Positions 50,501 to 62,020 of a DNA stretch of 64,000 nucleotides are shown one piece after another. A program made the position numbers and the translations under genes. This DNA comes from Catajapyx aquilonaris (lineage: Eukaryota): positions 1 through 64,000 of the forward strand of contig JYFJ02001538.1 of the NCBI GenBank assembly GCA_000934665.2. Direction: 5' to 3'. Below the pieces are notes generated by a model. That model saw only the letters and a program-made list of their open reading frames with translations. It searched no databases and had not been told where the DNA came from. The stretch's first letter is position 1, and each line of letters begins with the position of its first letter.

Positions 50501-53500
50501 CCTGCAGAGGACGTTCCACAAAGTCCAGGCCGTTCTTGGCCGTGCCTTGTTGTGTGAAGCAGATTACACTGGTTGGGCCCAATTTGTCTCCAGTTCTGTA
50601 CACTGGAACCTGAAACGGTAGACACAGCGATTTGTGTGATGTTCCTCCCACTGCCTACAGGCCACTTCAGGTAAGATGTGTACCTTGATGACACGTTCAT
50701 CTTCTTTAACAGTCATCTTTTCAGTTCCAAATTGCACCATGGCTGTACTGTAGTCCTCAATTACTATTGTCAACGTCGACGGGTGGCTCAATGTGGCTCC
50801 TCCCTGCGGTTGGGTCAGCACCACCAGAAACGACTCGTTTCCTTCCGTCAACTCATCTTCTAGTATGGTCACAGAGCATGAAGCTTGCGACTCCCCAGAA
50901 GCAAACGTAACCTGTGCAAACAACAGCGGGACAATCAGCATGATATTATGCGGTTACCGCAATTTCTCACCAACACGGCAGTGGGGACATAATCCATCCT
51001 GGGTGCCGCGTTTGCTGGTTCCGATGGCTTTGTTGTGCACCAAACTGACGATGGCGTACTCAGGTTTGAGCCTTCACGTATTATCCGCACGTGGACTGTA
51101 CCTGTGTAACAATTAATCTTATACCATTTTCATTCAAAAAGGAAGCAGCGGCTGGATGTACCTGCGTCTTCCCTGAATGACAGCTTGGAGTGCTCGAAGT
51201 GAATTCGCATCTGCTCGTCAGCCACATCACTCCTGATTCCAAACCTGTCACTCTTCACGCGGACCACGAACGTCTGGTCTTTTAGAACCACCTTGGCCCC
51301 AACGCTGACTTCGAAGGTGAAGCGGACGTCCCCTCTCTGCTCCTCGTTCATGTGTGCGAATCTGACCCTGCCTTCTGCCAGATCGGCCTGGGAGAATGTG
51401 TCTTTGGATTGCATCGGAGTCCAAGCCCATTCCTTAGGATGAAGCTTCTCCAGCCGACCTGTCTTGGGAACCTTCTGGAGTGTGAAGGTGATCTTGTCAT
51501 CCTTCGTGCCAGGGCTTTCTACTCGCAAGACGGACGGTGTCAGCAACTGGACGGTACCTGCAATTATATTGTAATGTCATGATAGATAATTGCTATACGC
51601 TACGCCGCTACGGTATGTACCTGACGTTAATACAAGCAGATTGTTCACACTCAGCTTCACTGGGCTTTCCTCGATGATCACTGTCAAGGCACTTTCAGCA
51701 TGAAACTCACCGTCCGTCACCTGCAAAGGTTACTGTTGAGCCACTTTCTAGATGTGCTTCATGTATTGTATACTTGCCATGACAAGAAAGGTGTCTTCTG
51801 TCGTGGGCGAAGAATCGTGGGTATAAAACACCATTTTGTTGAGTATATCTTCGTACACGAAGCCTTGTCCTGCTTGGAGTTTGGGCTGATATGTAGATGT
51901 GTTATCTGCCTCCGTTTTCCGCCTTATAAATCCTGCAATTTTGCTCTGATTGGTTATTTCATTTATGACATTTCGCCTAGCTACTATTTATTTTTAATGA
52001 CTAACATTTTGAATGCGTTTTTAAGTGATAATGACTATTGTAAGGTTGTTTATGTGCTGCTCTCAATGACCTGTTAAAAATATTGGAGAAGCTAAAGTTT
52101 ACTACCGCATTTACATGTGAGGGATTTGATCAACGATGTACACCCGCGAGCATAAAGATGGAGACGGCAGGCCCTCACCTTCGACAGGCTGCTCTGCCAC
52201 TTGCAGCTATTACAGTATCAAATATACTGTCATAAATACACGAACACAAGCCTGATGCAGCTAACTCGGTCCCAAAGGAGTTCATTAATTTGAGTCGGAT
52301 AAAGAAATGTCAAAAAAGGGCCTGCCGTCTCCATCTTTATGCTCGCGGGGGTACATCGCTGAGCATAACAATCATTGTGGTAACAATATATTTTCAGCCC
52401 AAACAATTATTGTACAGTACATGGCTGCTCTTCGCTGATCAAATCGCTCACATGTAAATGCGGTGTAACTCTTAATAACCTGTTGAAATATTAGGGAAGC
52501 TGGACTCATGTTTATGATTATTACATAACGAAGATTGTCATTACCATGCTGCGGTTCTTTCAGTAATGTGACAATGAGGTGCTGCGGTTCAGTGTCAAGA
52601 TCCTGGACAAAGAAGGTCTCTTTGTTGAGGGCGACTTCTTCTCCGTTAGTCACGTGAATTTGGCTGACGGTGATGCTGGGTTGTTCGTCATTCACCAACT
52701 GCAGATGTGCAAGTTAAGTGATTGAACAACTTGCACTACTGTGTAACTTACGTTGATTGTCGCATTCAGCCAGGTGGAAGGAGATGCGTTGATGCCGTCA
52801 GTGACATGGAACAGAATAGCATCGGAGAGCGGCTCCACTCCTTGATGGTCACTCTGGATGTACCTGACTTCCCCCGACAGCAGCTTCCGGTAATGAAACG
52901 ACTTTGGATTCTTCAGCACCACCTTGTGGTCATCCGGACATGTTATGTGGCCATGGATTGGTGGCCTTTCAATGACCACCACAAGGCTGTCCACTGTGGA
53001 ATCCAAGTCCAGGACTGACACTGCCTCAACGTCAATGGCCGCCTGACCCCCTTCCTTGACCACCACTCCTCCGTTGACGATAACCAAAGGTGCATAGTTG
53101 TCCACTGGCAGAATAGTGATCTGCACCACCTGCTTTCGACTAGGCCAGAACGGAGGACCTTCCTGAGTGAGGTTGAAGCTGACTATCTCAGTGATGGCTT
53201 CTGAGCCGATCTCCAGGTTGGCATGGTACAGCAGCTTCTGGTCCTGCACATCCTCAATGCCAAACTGGTCCATCTCTATCAAGTCAATGGTCTCATCGTC
53301 CTCCACCGACAGAAGAAGTGACCCATAGACTGGCTCCATAATCAGGGTGAAGAGCATGTCCCGGTTTGGTTTCAGGTCACGAGGAAGCAGGGAGGTGACG
53401 CTGAGGGTCAGATTGTGACCTTCTAGGACTTGGAGAGGCTCGGATGCTGCAGCTGTGCGGGATGGCCTGGCGAAGTCCTCCGATGGGATGATGGTGAAGA

Positions 53501-53879
53501 GGATGCGGTTGGACACCTCCTCATGCTCGTCCGTCACCACCACTTCCATCGAGTCCTTCAGATTGCGGGAGCCATCATGCTCATACATCAGGCGACCTCG
53601 AGACACATCATGAGGACCGAACTTGCTGTCTGAAATGGATTAACATGTGGTGATCCGACCAACTGTGACAGGCGCACTCTTACTTGTATTCAGCTGCAAT
53701 GTGCTGTCATCCTGGTACCGTATCCACAGCATCCCATGTTTGACACCTTCTCCAACCACATACTGAAGCTGGTTTTCATCCACATCAAATCCAGCCACCT
53801 CGAACACGAAAGGGTCCACTTGCACCCTAGATCCCTGTGGACGAACCATTGTTAAGCTGACTTCCCACTACCAGGTGAC

Positions 53880-53949
<70 letters not shown>

Positions 53950-54887
53950 GACCTGGCTCAGGATGACCTCTGGGAAGAGATTGACCATGTGCGGCTCCAG
54001 CATGTGCCTCGGAAGAACTCTGATGAGAAACTCCTTTTCTTGTCCATTGCCTGTCACAGTGTACTTGAACGAGTAAGTGTTGCCCGTAGTGCTTCCTTCT
54101 GTCGTGGGTGACATGTACACTATTTTCATACCGTCGATGTCCTCTTGGGTGAACGAGGTCACTGCTTGCCAGGGCCTGTCCACATGCATCAAGTGACCCT
54201 CGTCGTGTGGTAGAGGCTGGGTTATGGTATAAACAACTTCTTTTGTGTTCGAAGAGATGTGTTTGTACGGCAGGTGGTCTGACGATAAGGTCAGAGCTTG
54301 ACCTTCCATGACCTGCAATAGTCAGTGTGAATTGTGGCTTCCTCATGAGTTACATTGTACTTACAGTAATAGCCTGTAGCTGGACTGTCGGTAACGTGTT
54401 GTTCACAATCTGTTAAAAAGTAATTATCCTGATTACTTGTGTACCAGCGTAACATTGTTGGGTAATTTGCCTGCTGTGCTGACCAGGATACTTACGGGAA
54501 ATATTGACCTGCTGGTATGGCTCGTATCTGAAAAACATGTGTACATTTCAATTAGCCAATATGACTCAAAGATGCTCATTTTAAACTGTTGCCAAAATTA
54601 TTATCTGCCAATAAACAGTTGGCCAAAATTATTAGCTGTCAATATTAGCTGCCAATAAGGTGCTTATTGTAAACACTTGTCAACAATATTAGCTGCCAAT
54701 ATTATGTTGGATTGATTCATCCCTTGGTAGGTAAAAAAATGAGTAAATTCCACTATTATCTACAAAAATACTGTCAAAACTTTTATGGAAATTACTGCTT
54801 AGTATCTGTAACGACTTGCTTACCATTGTTTGATCCAGTTGCAGTTGACAACAACAGAACAATTGCGTACATATGCAATGAAGTCAT
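47599..54887 (-). CDS. FRAS1: FRAS1-like extracellular matrix transmembrane protein (signal peptide, 6 CSPG repeats, 2 Calx-beta, FRAS1-type C-terminal region, TM, PDZ-binding tail), ~1,775 aa
   Basis: 18 phase-consistent exons: 54887-54824, 54527-54484, 54409-54365, 54312-53953, 53834-53684, 53629-52752, 52698-52545, 51932-51778, 51720-51621, 51557-51162, 51101-50971, 50911-50684, 50609-49810, 49750-49444, 49358-48705, 48644-48384, 48309-48133, 48021-47599 (5328 nt). CTGRDGHVPTYDPTG.QYGEGPQYGC...LKHRFLLLDR..VPFEA.FA...GVDGFVLNVDALY resembles the vertebrate FRAS1 C-terminal region. TM segment WVGMLPVVAIGLGIVCAV; protein ends DGGTEV*. The three short 5' exons are less certain than the rest. 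Confidence 0.9.
52103..52465. mobile_element. MITE family B relative in FRAS1-like intron 7, hosting a nested insertion
   Basis: ACCGCATTTACATGTGAGGGATTTGATCA / TGATCAAATCGCTCACATGTAAATGCGGT. The TIR core TTTACATGTGAG is shared with 30592-30732. Confidence 0.75.
52141..52351. mobile_element. TA-flanked MITE nested in the previous element
   Basis: TA|CACCCGCGAGCATAAAGATGGAGACGGCAGGCCCT...AGGGCCTGCCGTCTCCATCTTTATGCTCGCGGGGG|TA (35-bp TIR, 1 mismatch). Confidence 0.88.
53881..53949. repeat. (ATT)n microsatellite inside a short FRAS1-like intron
   Basis: Pure ATT run directly after the GT donor (53952) on the minus strand. Confidence 0.95.
54590..54706. repeat. Degenerate tandem repeat (~AATATTAGCTGCC) in FRAS1-like intron 1
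   Basis: Several copies of (A)ATATTAGCTG(C/T)CAAT. Confidence 0.6.
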
Positions 54888-57685
54888 GTTCACTTCCGGA
54901 TGGGTTCACATATCCAAAAGCGAGAAAAAAATCGTCCCTGAAACATCAAAAAAATTTATTATCCCTCGGCTCTTTTAGCAGCCAACAATCAGAGCCATTC
55001 ATCTCAAACAAAAATCGGCGCGAATCGCCCATCATTTAACTTGGCCCTCGGTCTTTGCCAAAATACATATCTCTTCCAGTTACAAAAAAAAAGGAAGAAG
55101 AAACTGGTGACGCCATCGCCTAATTTATAAGCGTCCCTCAGCAATACAATTTTTTTTATACATCCCATTTCTAAATACGCCTCGTTTATCACAACCAATC
55201 GTCAAGTTCGAGATTATTGCAAAAGCAGGACATCTTTATCTCATGTCCCCATGGGAATATAAGCTCTCGTCGACTCGACGCAATTTGTGTCACAAGTTGT
55301 CATCAGCTTCATTTTTTTTTTCTCCATGTCGGGCTGTTTCCTTGTATGTAACTGCCCAGTTTATCTTTATGAGGATCGTTTGGTCTCCCCCTGTTTTTAT
55401 CTGAATGGCTTCCTACATAGTCATCAGTTTGGAGGGAACTGATTTTTTACTTTTCAAGTTATGAGACGACCCGTCGCGTGTGGCCAATTAGGACAAGTCT
55501 TCCGGATCAGATCTGCTGGACAAGTTATTCTAATCCGGTTCATTGCAGTTCATAGATTAGAATTTATCCGGAAAATATTTTATTTGTCACCTATATGCAG
55601 TGTTTGTATTCACAATTTATGCAACCGGTTGTGTTTCGATCGGAACAAATTAATTGTGCGCAGTCACATTCTCACAATGCGACATATTAATTAGTACCAG
55701 TTTTTTTTTTCTCCACTGGACTTGTTCTAGCAGCAAAAACCTATTCCACGTGTTGCATTCTGCTGAATTTTGAGGTCACCCGTGCATTTGTAAATCACCG
55801 TCACATTTATATACGGTATATATAAAAAAGGTTCTTTATGACCGTACCGGATTACGGGGGTCATACTGTAGTCGGCTATACTTGTAGATTAGTGATGGAA
55901 AATCTATTTTTGTAATACAGCCGCGGTGTCTGGTGTTAATGACAGGGTGTCTTATAATGCGCTCCTATTTTTAAAACAATAAATAATGATGATTATGTGT
56001 GGACCTCAAGTCCATTTTTGGTTTTCTGAAGTGAGTATATATATTTTTTATGCAGTCCGTGACTTTTCTGGTGTGGCCCCCATTAGTATGGGAAGCCCGT
56101 TGGCCATCGCCCAATATGTCAGGCTTTGAACGGAAAAAACTTGAAAAAAAAAACTCGGCAAAAAAATAGGTGTAGATAAGCACCCTTACAAAAACCTCCA
56201 GAGCGTAATGTTTGTCCTGGAAAAACGTATGCTCGTAAAGTTCCCGTGTGATGTAATGTTGTTATCTGGTGGCACTTGTTAAATTGGGAGGCGCTGCTCG
56301 TGATTCCAGATGAGACGAGCCGATATTCTAATCCAATATTGTTGCCCCCAATCTTAGCCCAGGTACAGCGGCTTTAGAAGGAAACAAGAGACAGATGAAG
56401 ATTTATCGATGGTATTTGAACACGGATTTTTTTTTTCCTTAAAAGGGAGAGTATTTACACGCTATTGTGATGGTTGGAAGTTTATTAAAGTCTGTGGTGG
56501 CTAACCTGTGATTACATTGATCTTAGAAGATATACGCATTGTTACAATGTGCTTCAGGCAACTTTTTATCCTTGCATGATGCAACCCGCTTTTTAAAACG
56601 GACCTGAAAGTGCAATATCAGCATTTTGTTTAAAAAAATGTGTGTAAATATTTGCTAAGTGCATTATTAGCTATTCATATTCACCTCACGAATATTACAC
56701 ACACAAAAAAAACAGTAGCATGTACCGCAATTTTTTTGACAAATTAATGTTCGCATAATGTGGTTTTATCACTTCCTTTACTTCCACACAGAAAAAAATG
56801 TGCTCATGTCGGACACTTTGTGTAATAAGGAGGCGCTGCATATTTCACTAAAATCTTTCCAGCAATTGGAATTCCTGAAGTGAAAATGACATCATTCATC
56901 CATTTTTTTTTACTAACGCCATTATTTGAAATTTTCTAAGGTAATTTCTCTAGAAAAGTGACATCATAAACATCCAGCTCAAGAAAGGACCAGGCGGCGC
57001 CACTCGTAAACAAAACCTCAAAATAATGTGTTGAAATTTTAAGGCAACTTCACATATCATATCCTCTTAGATCATTGGACACACACACAAAAAAAAAAAC
57101 ACACATGTGAGTCACACCTCATGTGGACACAGGCCTGTACAGTGTGCCTTGAATTTTTACGACACATTTCTAGTGTCCAGCGACTTATTCGCGTGACCGA
57201 ACGCGATTTCTCTTGGCATCAGAATTACAATGCGTCCCATTTAGGCCTCATTTCAGGTCCAATGCGAGGGGGCCTGCAGGCTACCCCCCTTTTTTTTTCT
57301 TGCTGGAGGAGAATTATTGCGACCGTCTTTCGAGTCGATAAAAAATATAGTGGGTTTGTAAGAGACGAGGGATGGAAAAGAAATGAGGTTCAAACAACGG
57401 GGAGTGCTTATTTATCAAAGGCTACTCCCAAAAGGACGACAATTCAGACCGCGCCTAGGTTTGTTCTGGGCCACCCCGGAAGCTGCCAAAAATATATATG
57501 GGAAAGGTGTCGCCAACACACGCTTCACGACCATAATTTTATCGAAGGAATTGACATCAGTGTTAGCATTGGGTCACATCTATAAATCTGTTAAAATGTA
57601 TTCAAATTGTATCCGAGTGGCCCACCGTTCTGCGCCTGCGCAATGGAGGGAAGCAGCGCCTCTGGTGGGTGGGAGACTGAACTAG

Positions 57686-58128
57686 TCTTTCTCCTAATAG
57701 GCTAGAGGGTGGTACTACAATGTGGGACAAGCGTCAGATCAGGGCTACATAAGAGGCGCAAACTTCTGTCGGCGCCTTTGATGCTCGCGTCTCTCTGTTT
57801 GCGGCCGTTGCCAAGGCTGGCGGCCATTTTGAAGTGTGGGGAACGCCAACGAGGTATAAATAGGGTACAGGCAAAAATAGGGTCCGCCATCTTTGATGGT
57901 TTTGGCGGCCATGGCAACTACACGGCAAGAACACGCGCGAATCAAAGATGGCGGACTCTATTTTTGACTGTACCCTATTTATACCTCGTTGGCGTTTCCC
58001 ACACTTCAAAATGGCCGCAAGCATTGGCAACGCCCCAGACAGAGAGACGCGAAAATCGTATGCTTGCGCCTCTTATGTAGTATATGCTCCCTGATCAGAT
58101 GGAGAGAATAAGCCTATTAGGAGAAAGA
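57686..58128. mobile_element. Foldback element (~440 bp)
   Basis: TCTTTCTCCTAATAGGCT...AGCCTATTAGGAGAAAGA outer TIR, and long inner arms CTACATAAGAGGCGCAA..GCGGCCATTTTGAAGTGTGGG..CGCCAACGAGGTATAAATAGGGTACAG..GTCCGCCATCTTTGAT mirrored at 57941-58080. Confidence 0.9.
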
Positions 58129-60139
58129 TATCTGCAGGCATCAGACCGTCAAAGGAACCGACACAAATACACAGATCCTTTGAGCACACCCGCAATATCC
58201 AGTATGTTCCAACTGGGTCAAATCTGATAAATTGACCTGAATTTTGGATGGTGCGTCATTTATTTGGTTCTTCAGTATAGAGGAAGCTACCAAGAATGGT
58301 GGTCCATTTATAGTAAGAGGGGTTGGGTAGTAATTTCTCAGGAGGGTGGGTGTCAGTAGTTTGAGAGAAGAGGTCAGGAAATTAGAGAGGAGTTAATGAG
58401 AGTGTTCGTGCACGTCCTCCAGACTTTATCTGATCTTTTAACAGAAAAAAAGGTTTGTCTCAATCGGTTCTTAACTGAGGGTTAAATTTAGCCCGAAATT
58501 TGGGGGGGACCATTGGGTGAAATATGCGGAGACCCTCGATTTGTAAGAAGTTGAGGACTCCCTGCCAGCAGTTTTTGGGTGGTCTGGTAGTTTTTCACCT
58601 GTATGTCTGGGTCATCTCTTTCTTATCTACATTGACGTCGCCGCTGTTACTATCCCGAAAATGGAGATCGGCCCGTTTGAGTTGGCTCCGTAACGATGTA
58701 ATGGACCCAGCTTGGTCCAGACACCCGAACTAGAAAATTCCTCAACTTCAAAAAGGGGAGATCGGGTTTCTCACAGACGATGGAATTCACGTCTGCAACA
58801 CGTTGGAAGCCAAGACATTTCCTGTAGTTGCAAGGCAAAGATAATTGCTAATAGGTAAAATTTTTAAGCCCCCTATATACAATTAATGGTCAAGGTTGGC
58901 TACTTTTGGCAGTTTGACATCTTAGGGGGGGCAAGACCTGAAATTATTGGTGCTGTCAGTTCAAATAAAAATGGGAGGCGGACGTCCCATTGTGGCTATA
59001 ATATTATTGCATCAGTTTTAGCTGTCGTGTCGCTCATAGTTCGTTGTTAGGCTCGTTTGCTGCTGATTGGGACCCTGGAACTTGGACATTTCCTGTGCTG
59101 GAGTCCTCCGAAAGAAAAAAAATGGTTCCCAAACGAAAATTTTTCCTCCTTTCAAAATTGGGATTCAGATCTTCTCGCTCGAGATGGAATTGATAAGGAG
59201 ACATTACAAGCCCATGGCATTTCAACGTATTAATCATTTTTGACGCCTAGTCCAAAGACGCGCGGGGTCCCCCAAAAAGTTTAGCTCCAGCATCCCCCTT
59301 ATATTCCTGACCCCTATCTTACCTGCCAAACAAGGTTGAAACTGTCAGGTCAGGATGAGAAACATAAGGAGATGACCATCAGGATAACGAGGGGTGGTTG
59401 TGGAGAGAACAATACGAGGCTGTTGGGGTTTCTTTTTCGGCTACGCAACATTACGCGTAATTAATTGTTGTGCTCACCTCTGGCAGTTTCCTCAAAAAAA
59501 AAGGAAGGTGGCATTGTTGGGTCAAAGCAACAACTGGAAGAACAAAAGCGGCCAATTAAAGGAACAGACACCCTTTTTATCATTCCCAGCATGTACTTTT
59601 TTGCCTTTTATAAAGACTTTTTCATCCCCTGACTTTTTTGATAGCATCTGGAAGATCCATGAACAGCAATGGTTGTATCCCGTTGGGGGCCCCCCAACCG
59701 AATTTCTAATAAGCACAAATTTCAGGCTTGATTGACGACAGGCGAGGGATGAGTTACCATTTTATTTCTACCTTTCAAATAAATTTTTTTTCCCCCTTCA
59801 AAGAGTAATTTTGATACACCCGGTTGCCGGAAGGGGGGTAATTACATCAACTCTATATGGGGGCACCCTGTAGCTTCAAGAGTCCGTGACCAAGACGCGC
59901 GAATGAGACAAGTAAATGTCTTGTCTGGTGATTGGGTACCATTATTGATGAGTATTGTACTGAACTGTCATGGCATCTGGAAGGTGAACCATAAATAATG
60001 TAACGAGACTTTTGACATATTCTGACAGGGCATCGCATGTCCGAACCGACAGAAGGACGCGTGACGAATTTTCATCAAATAAGTGTTGGGTGGGCTACAT
60101 ACTAATTTTTGTAAAAAAAAAAAAAAAAAAAAATCAAGG

Positions 60140-60330
60140 TATATGTCAATTGGGGTGAGATTGTGCCAACGTATTTTTTTGATAACAGTGCGCCCTACCG
60201 TGTCATTTGCCATCCCTCAGTCAAACATGCCTAAATTCTCTTGCTGCCAGTAGGGCGCACTGCTGTCCCCCAAAAAATGCGATGGCACAATCTCACCCCA
60301 CCTGGCACAATCTCACCCCAATTGACGGTA
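60140..60330. mobile_element. MITE family A, copy 2 (inverted relative to copy 1)
   Basis: TATATGTCAATTGGGGTGAGATTGTGCCA...TGGCACAATCTCACCCCAATTGACGG|TA. Confidence 0.82.
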
Positions 60331-61077
60331 TTTTGGCACTTTTTTATGTTTAAAATTTGCTGTTAGTCATTTCCACTCCAGTTCCCACATCTGGCTGTTT
60401 ATTTCCGCACACTTCTAGGTGACTCTGTCGTCACACCCAACACATCGCAGATAACGAGTCTCTCTTGAATGTTCAAAATACCGATGCGAATGAGGCGAAA
60501 CAACCGTACATATTTTTTCGACTTTAGCTTTCCCCCTCTCTCTCACCCCTCAGCCAAAGTGCATTACTAATGTGGAAACCAGAAGCACGTACAAGGTTCG
60601 AGCCTGCAACCAGTGTTCCCATCGCTCAAAAAACACCCTTCCCCCTTTCCTACACATTTATACCAACACATTTTTCGGCTCGATTCAAGGCAGCTATAGC
60701 TTAGGAGAAGAAGAAAAAAAAGCTCATAAAAATCGGCTATTAGCATAGCTCGTTGTTTTCAACCGGTGGGGGGATAATAAGCGCGTTTGGAGAGTTATAT
60801 TTAGGCGTCCTCCATAGCGATTAAGTGGGTTAGGCAGGTAAGGCCGAAGGTTTTTTAATTACAGCCGTGGCTCCTGTAGTTGATCCGTCTATGATCGTAT
60901 AACCCCCCTGGAAGGGTCTGGAGGGCAACCAGGGGCTAATTATGGAGGTGTCGCTTCTGGTGATTAGGGGGGCCCATCCGGACTAATCATCTCCAGTGTT
61001 TTTTGGTGCCAATAACGTGCGTTGCATAACCGATCGGAATGTTGATATTTATAGCAATGTTGTGGTTTTTATTACAA

Positions 61078-61335
61078 TCTATATGCATGAAAGGCGAAGT
61101 TCGTTCGTTCGCCGGTCGTCCATGGCAACGGATATCCATGGCAACGGATATCCATGGCACAAATCCATGGAAACAGCAAACAGGCCTCGCGAAGGACATA
61201 ATGTAGAAGAATGTACCGTATAACGGCAAAGTTTGTTTGTTTGTATGCTTGTTCGCATGTCAACGGGGTTTCCATCGGTTTCCATGGCATCAAACAATGG
61301 AAAAAGGCCTTGCGAAGAACGGGCTTTTCTTCTAG
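61078..61335 (+). mobile_element. Non-autonomous Helitron-like element (two tandem degenerate units)
   Basis: A|TC 5' end, CTAG|T 3' end, GC-rich subterminal GCCTTGCGAAGAACGGGC, and (GTTY)n microsatellite near the start of each unit. No TIR or TSD. Confidence 0.5.
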
Positions 61336-61352
61336 TATAATATAATATAATA

Positions 61353-61559
61353 CAGGGTGGTCCAAGTTCAAGTGTCGTTTTATAACGGCGATTAATAGGA
61401 GCGCTTAACGATGACGTAGCAGCGACGTGTAAAATTGCCCACTTCGATTGCGCCGAAGATGCGCCTTAGTGGGACATTTTACGCGTCGCTGCTACGTCAT
61501 CGCAAAATCACTGCTATTAATCGCCGTTATAAAACGACACTTGAACTTGGACCACCCTG
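61353..61559. mobile_element. TA-flanked Tc1/mariner-type hairpin MITE
   Basis: 46-bp perfect TIR CAGGGTGGTCCAAGTTCAAGTGTCGTTTTATAACGGCGATTAATAG plus further inner arms, inserted in (TATAA)n. Confidence 0.92.
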
Positions 61560-62020
61560 TATAATATAATATAATATAATATAATATATTACATGTTATA
61601 TCAAACAGATGTTACATGTTATATCAAACAGATGTTACATGTTATATCAAACAGATGTTACATGTCATTTTACAATATTGTTACATAATTATTATATTAA
61701 TATTATGCTACTTAATTATTATATTAAATATTGCTACTTAATTATTATATTAAATATTGCTACTTAATTATTATATTAAATATTGCTACTTAATTATTAT
61801 ATTAAATATTGCTACTTAATTATTATATTAAATATTGCTACATACTCTCTACTGTATAGTAGAGTTAAATATTATGTTGCATTATATTAACTCATTAAAT
61901 ATTATGTTGCATTATATTAACTCATTAAATATTATGCTGCATTATATTAACTCATTAAATATTATGTTGCATTATATTAACTCATTAAATATTATGTTGC
62001 ATTATTATAACTTATTAAAC
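61560..62020. repeat. Composite AT-rich satellite: (TATAA)n, 23-bp x3, 26-bp x5, 30-bp x5
   Basis: Units ACATGTTATATCAAACAGATGTT; GCTACTTAATTATTATATTAAATATT; TTAAATATTATGTTGCATTATATTAACTCA. Confidence 0.92.

Noticed and set aside
53827..53952. Poly-Asn extension of a FRAS1-like ORF
   Set aside because: An intronic (AAT)n after a GT donor; read-through ends in a stop, while splicing restores the CSPG repeat.
58588..58838. Exon-like minus-strand segment upstream of the FRAS1-like gene (also 62449-62637)
   Set aside because: No convincing domain similarity, and a signal-peptide exon at 54887-54824 already completes the gene.
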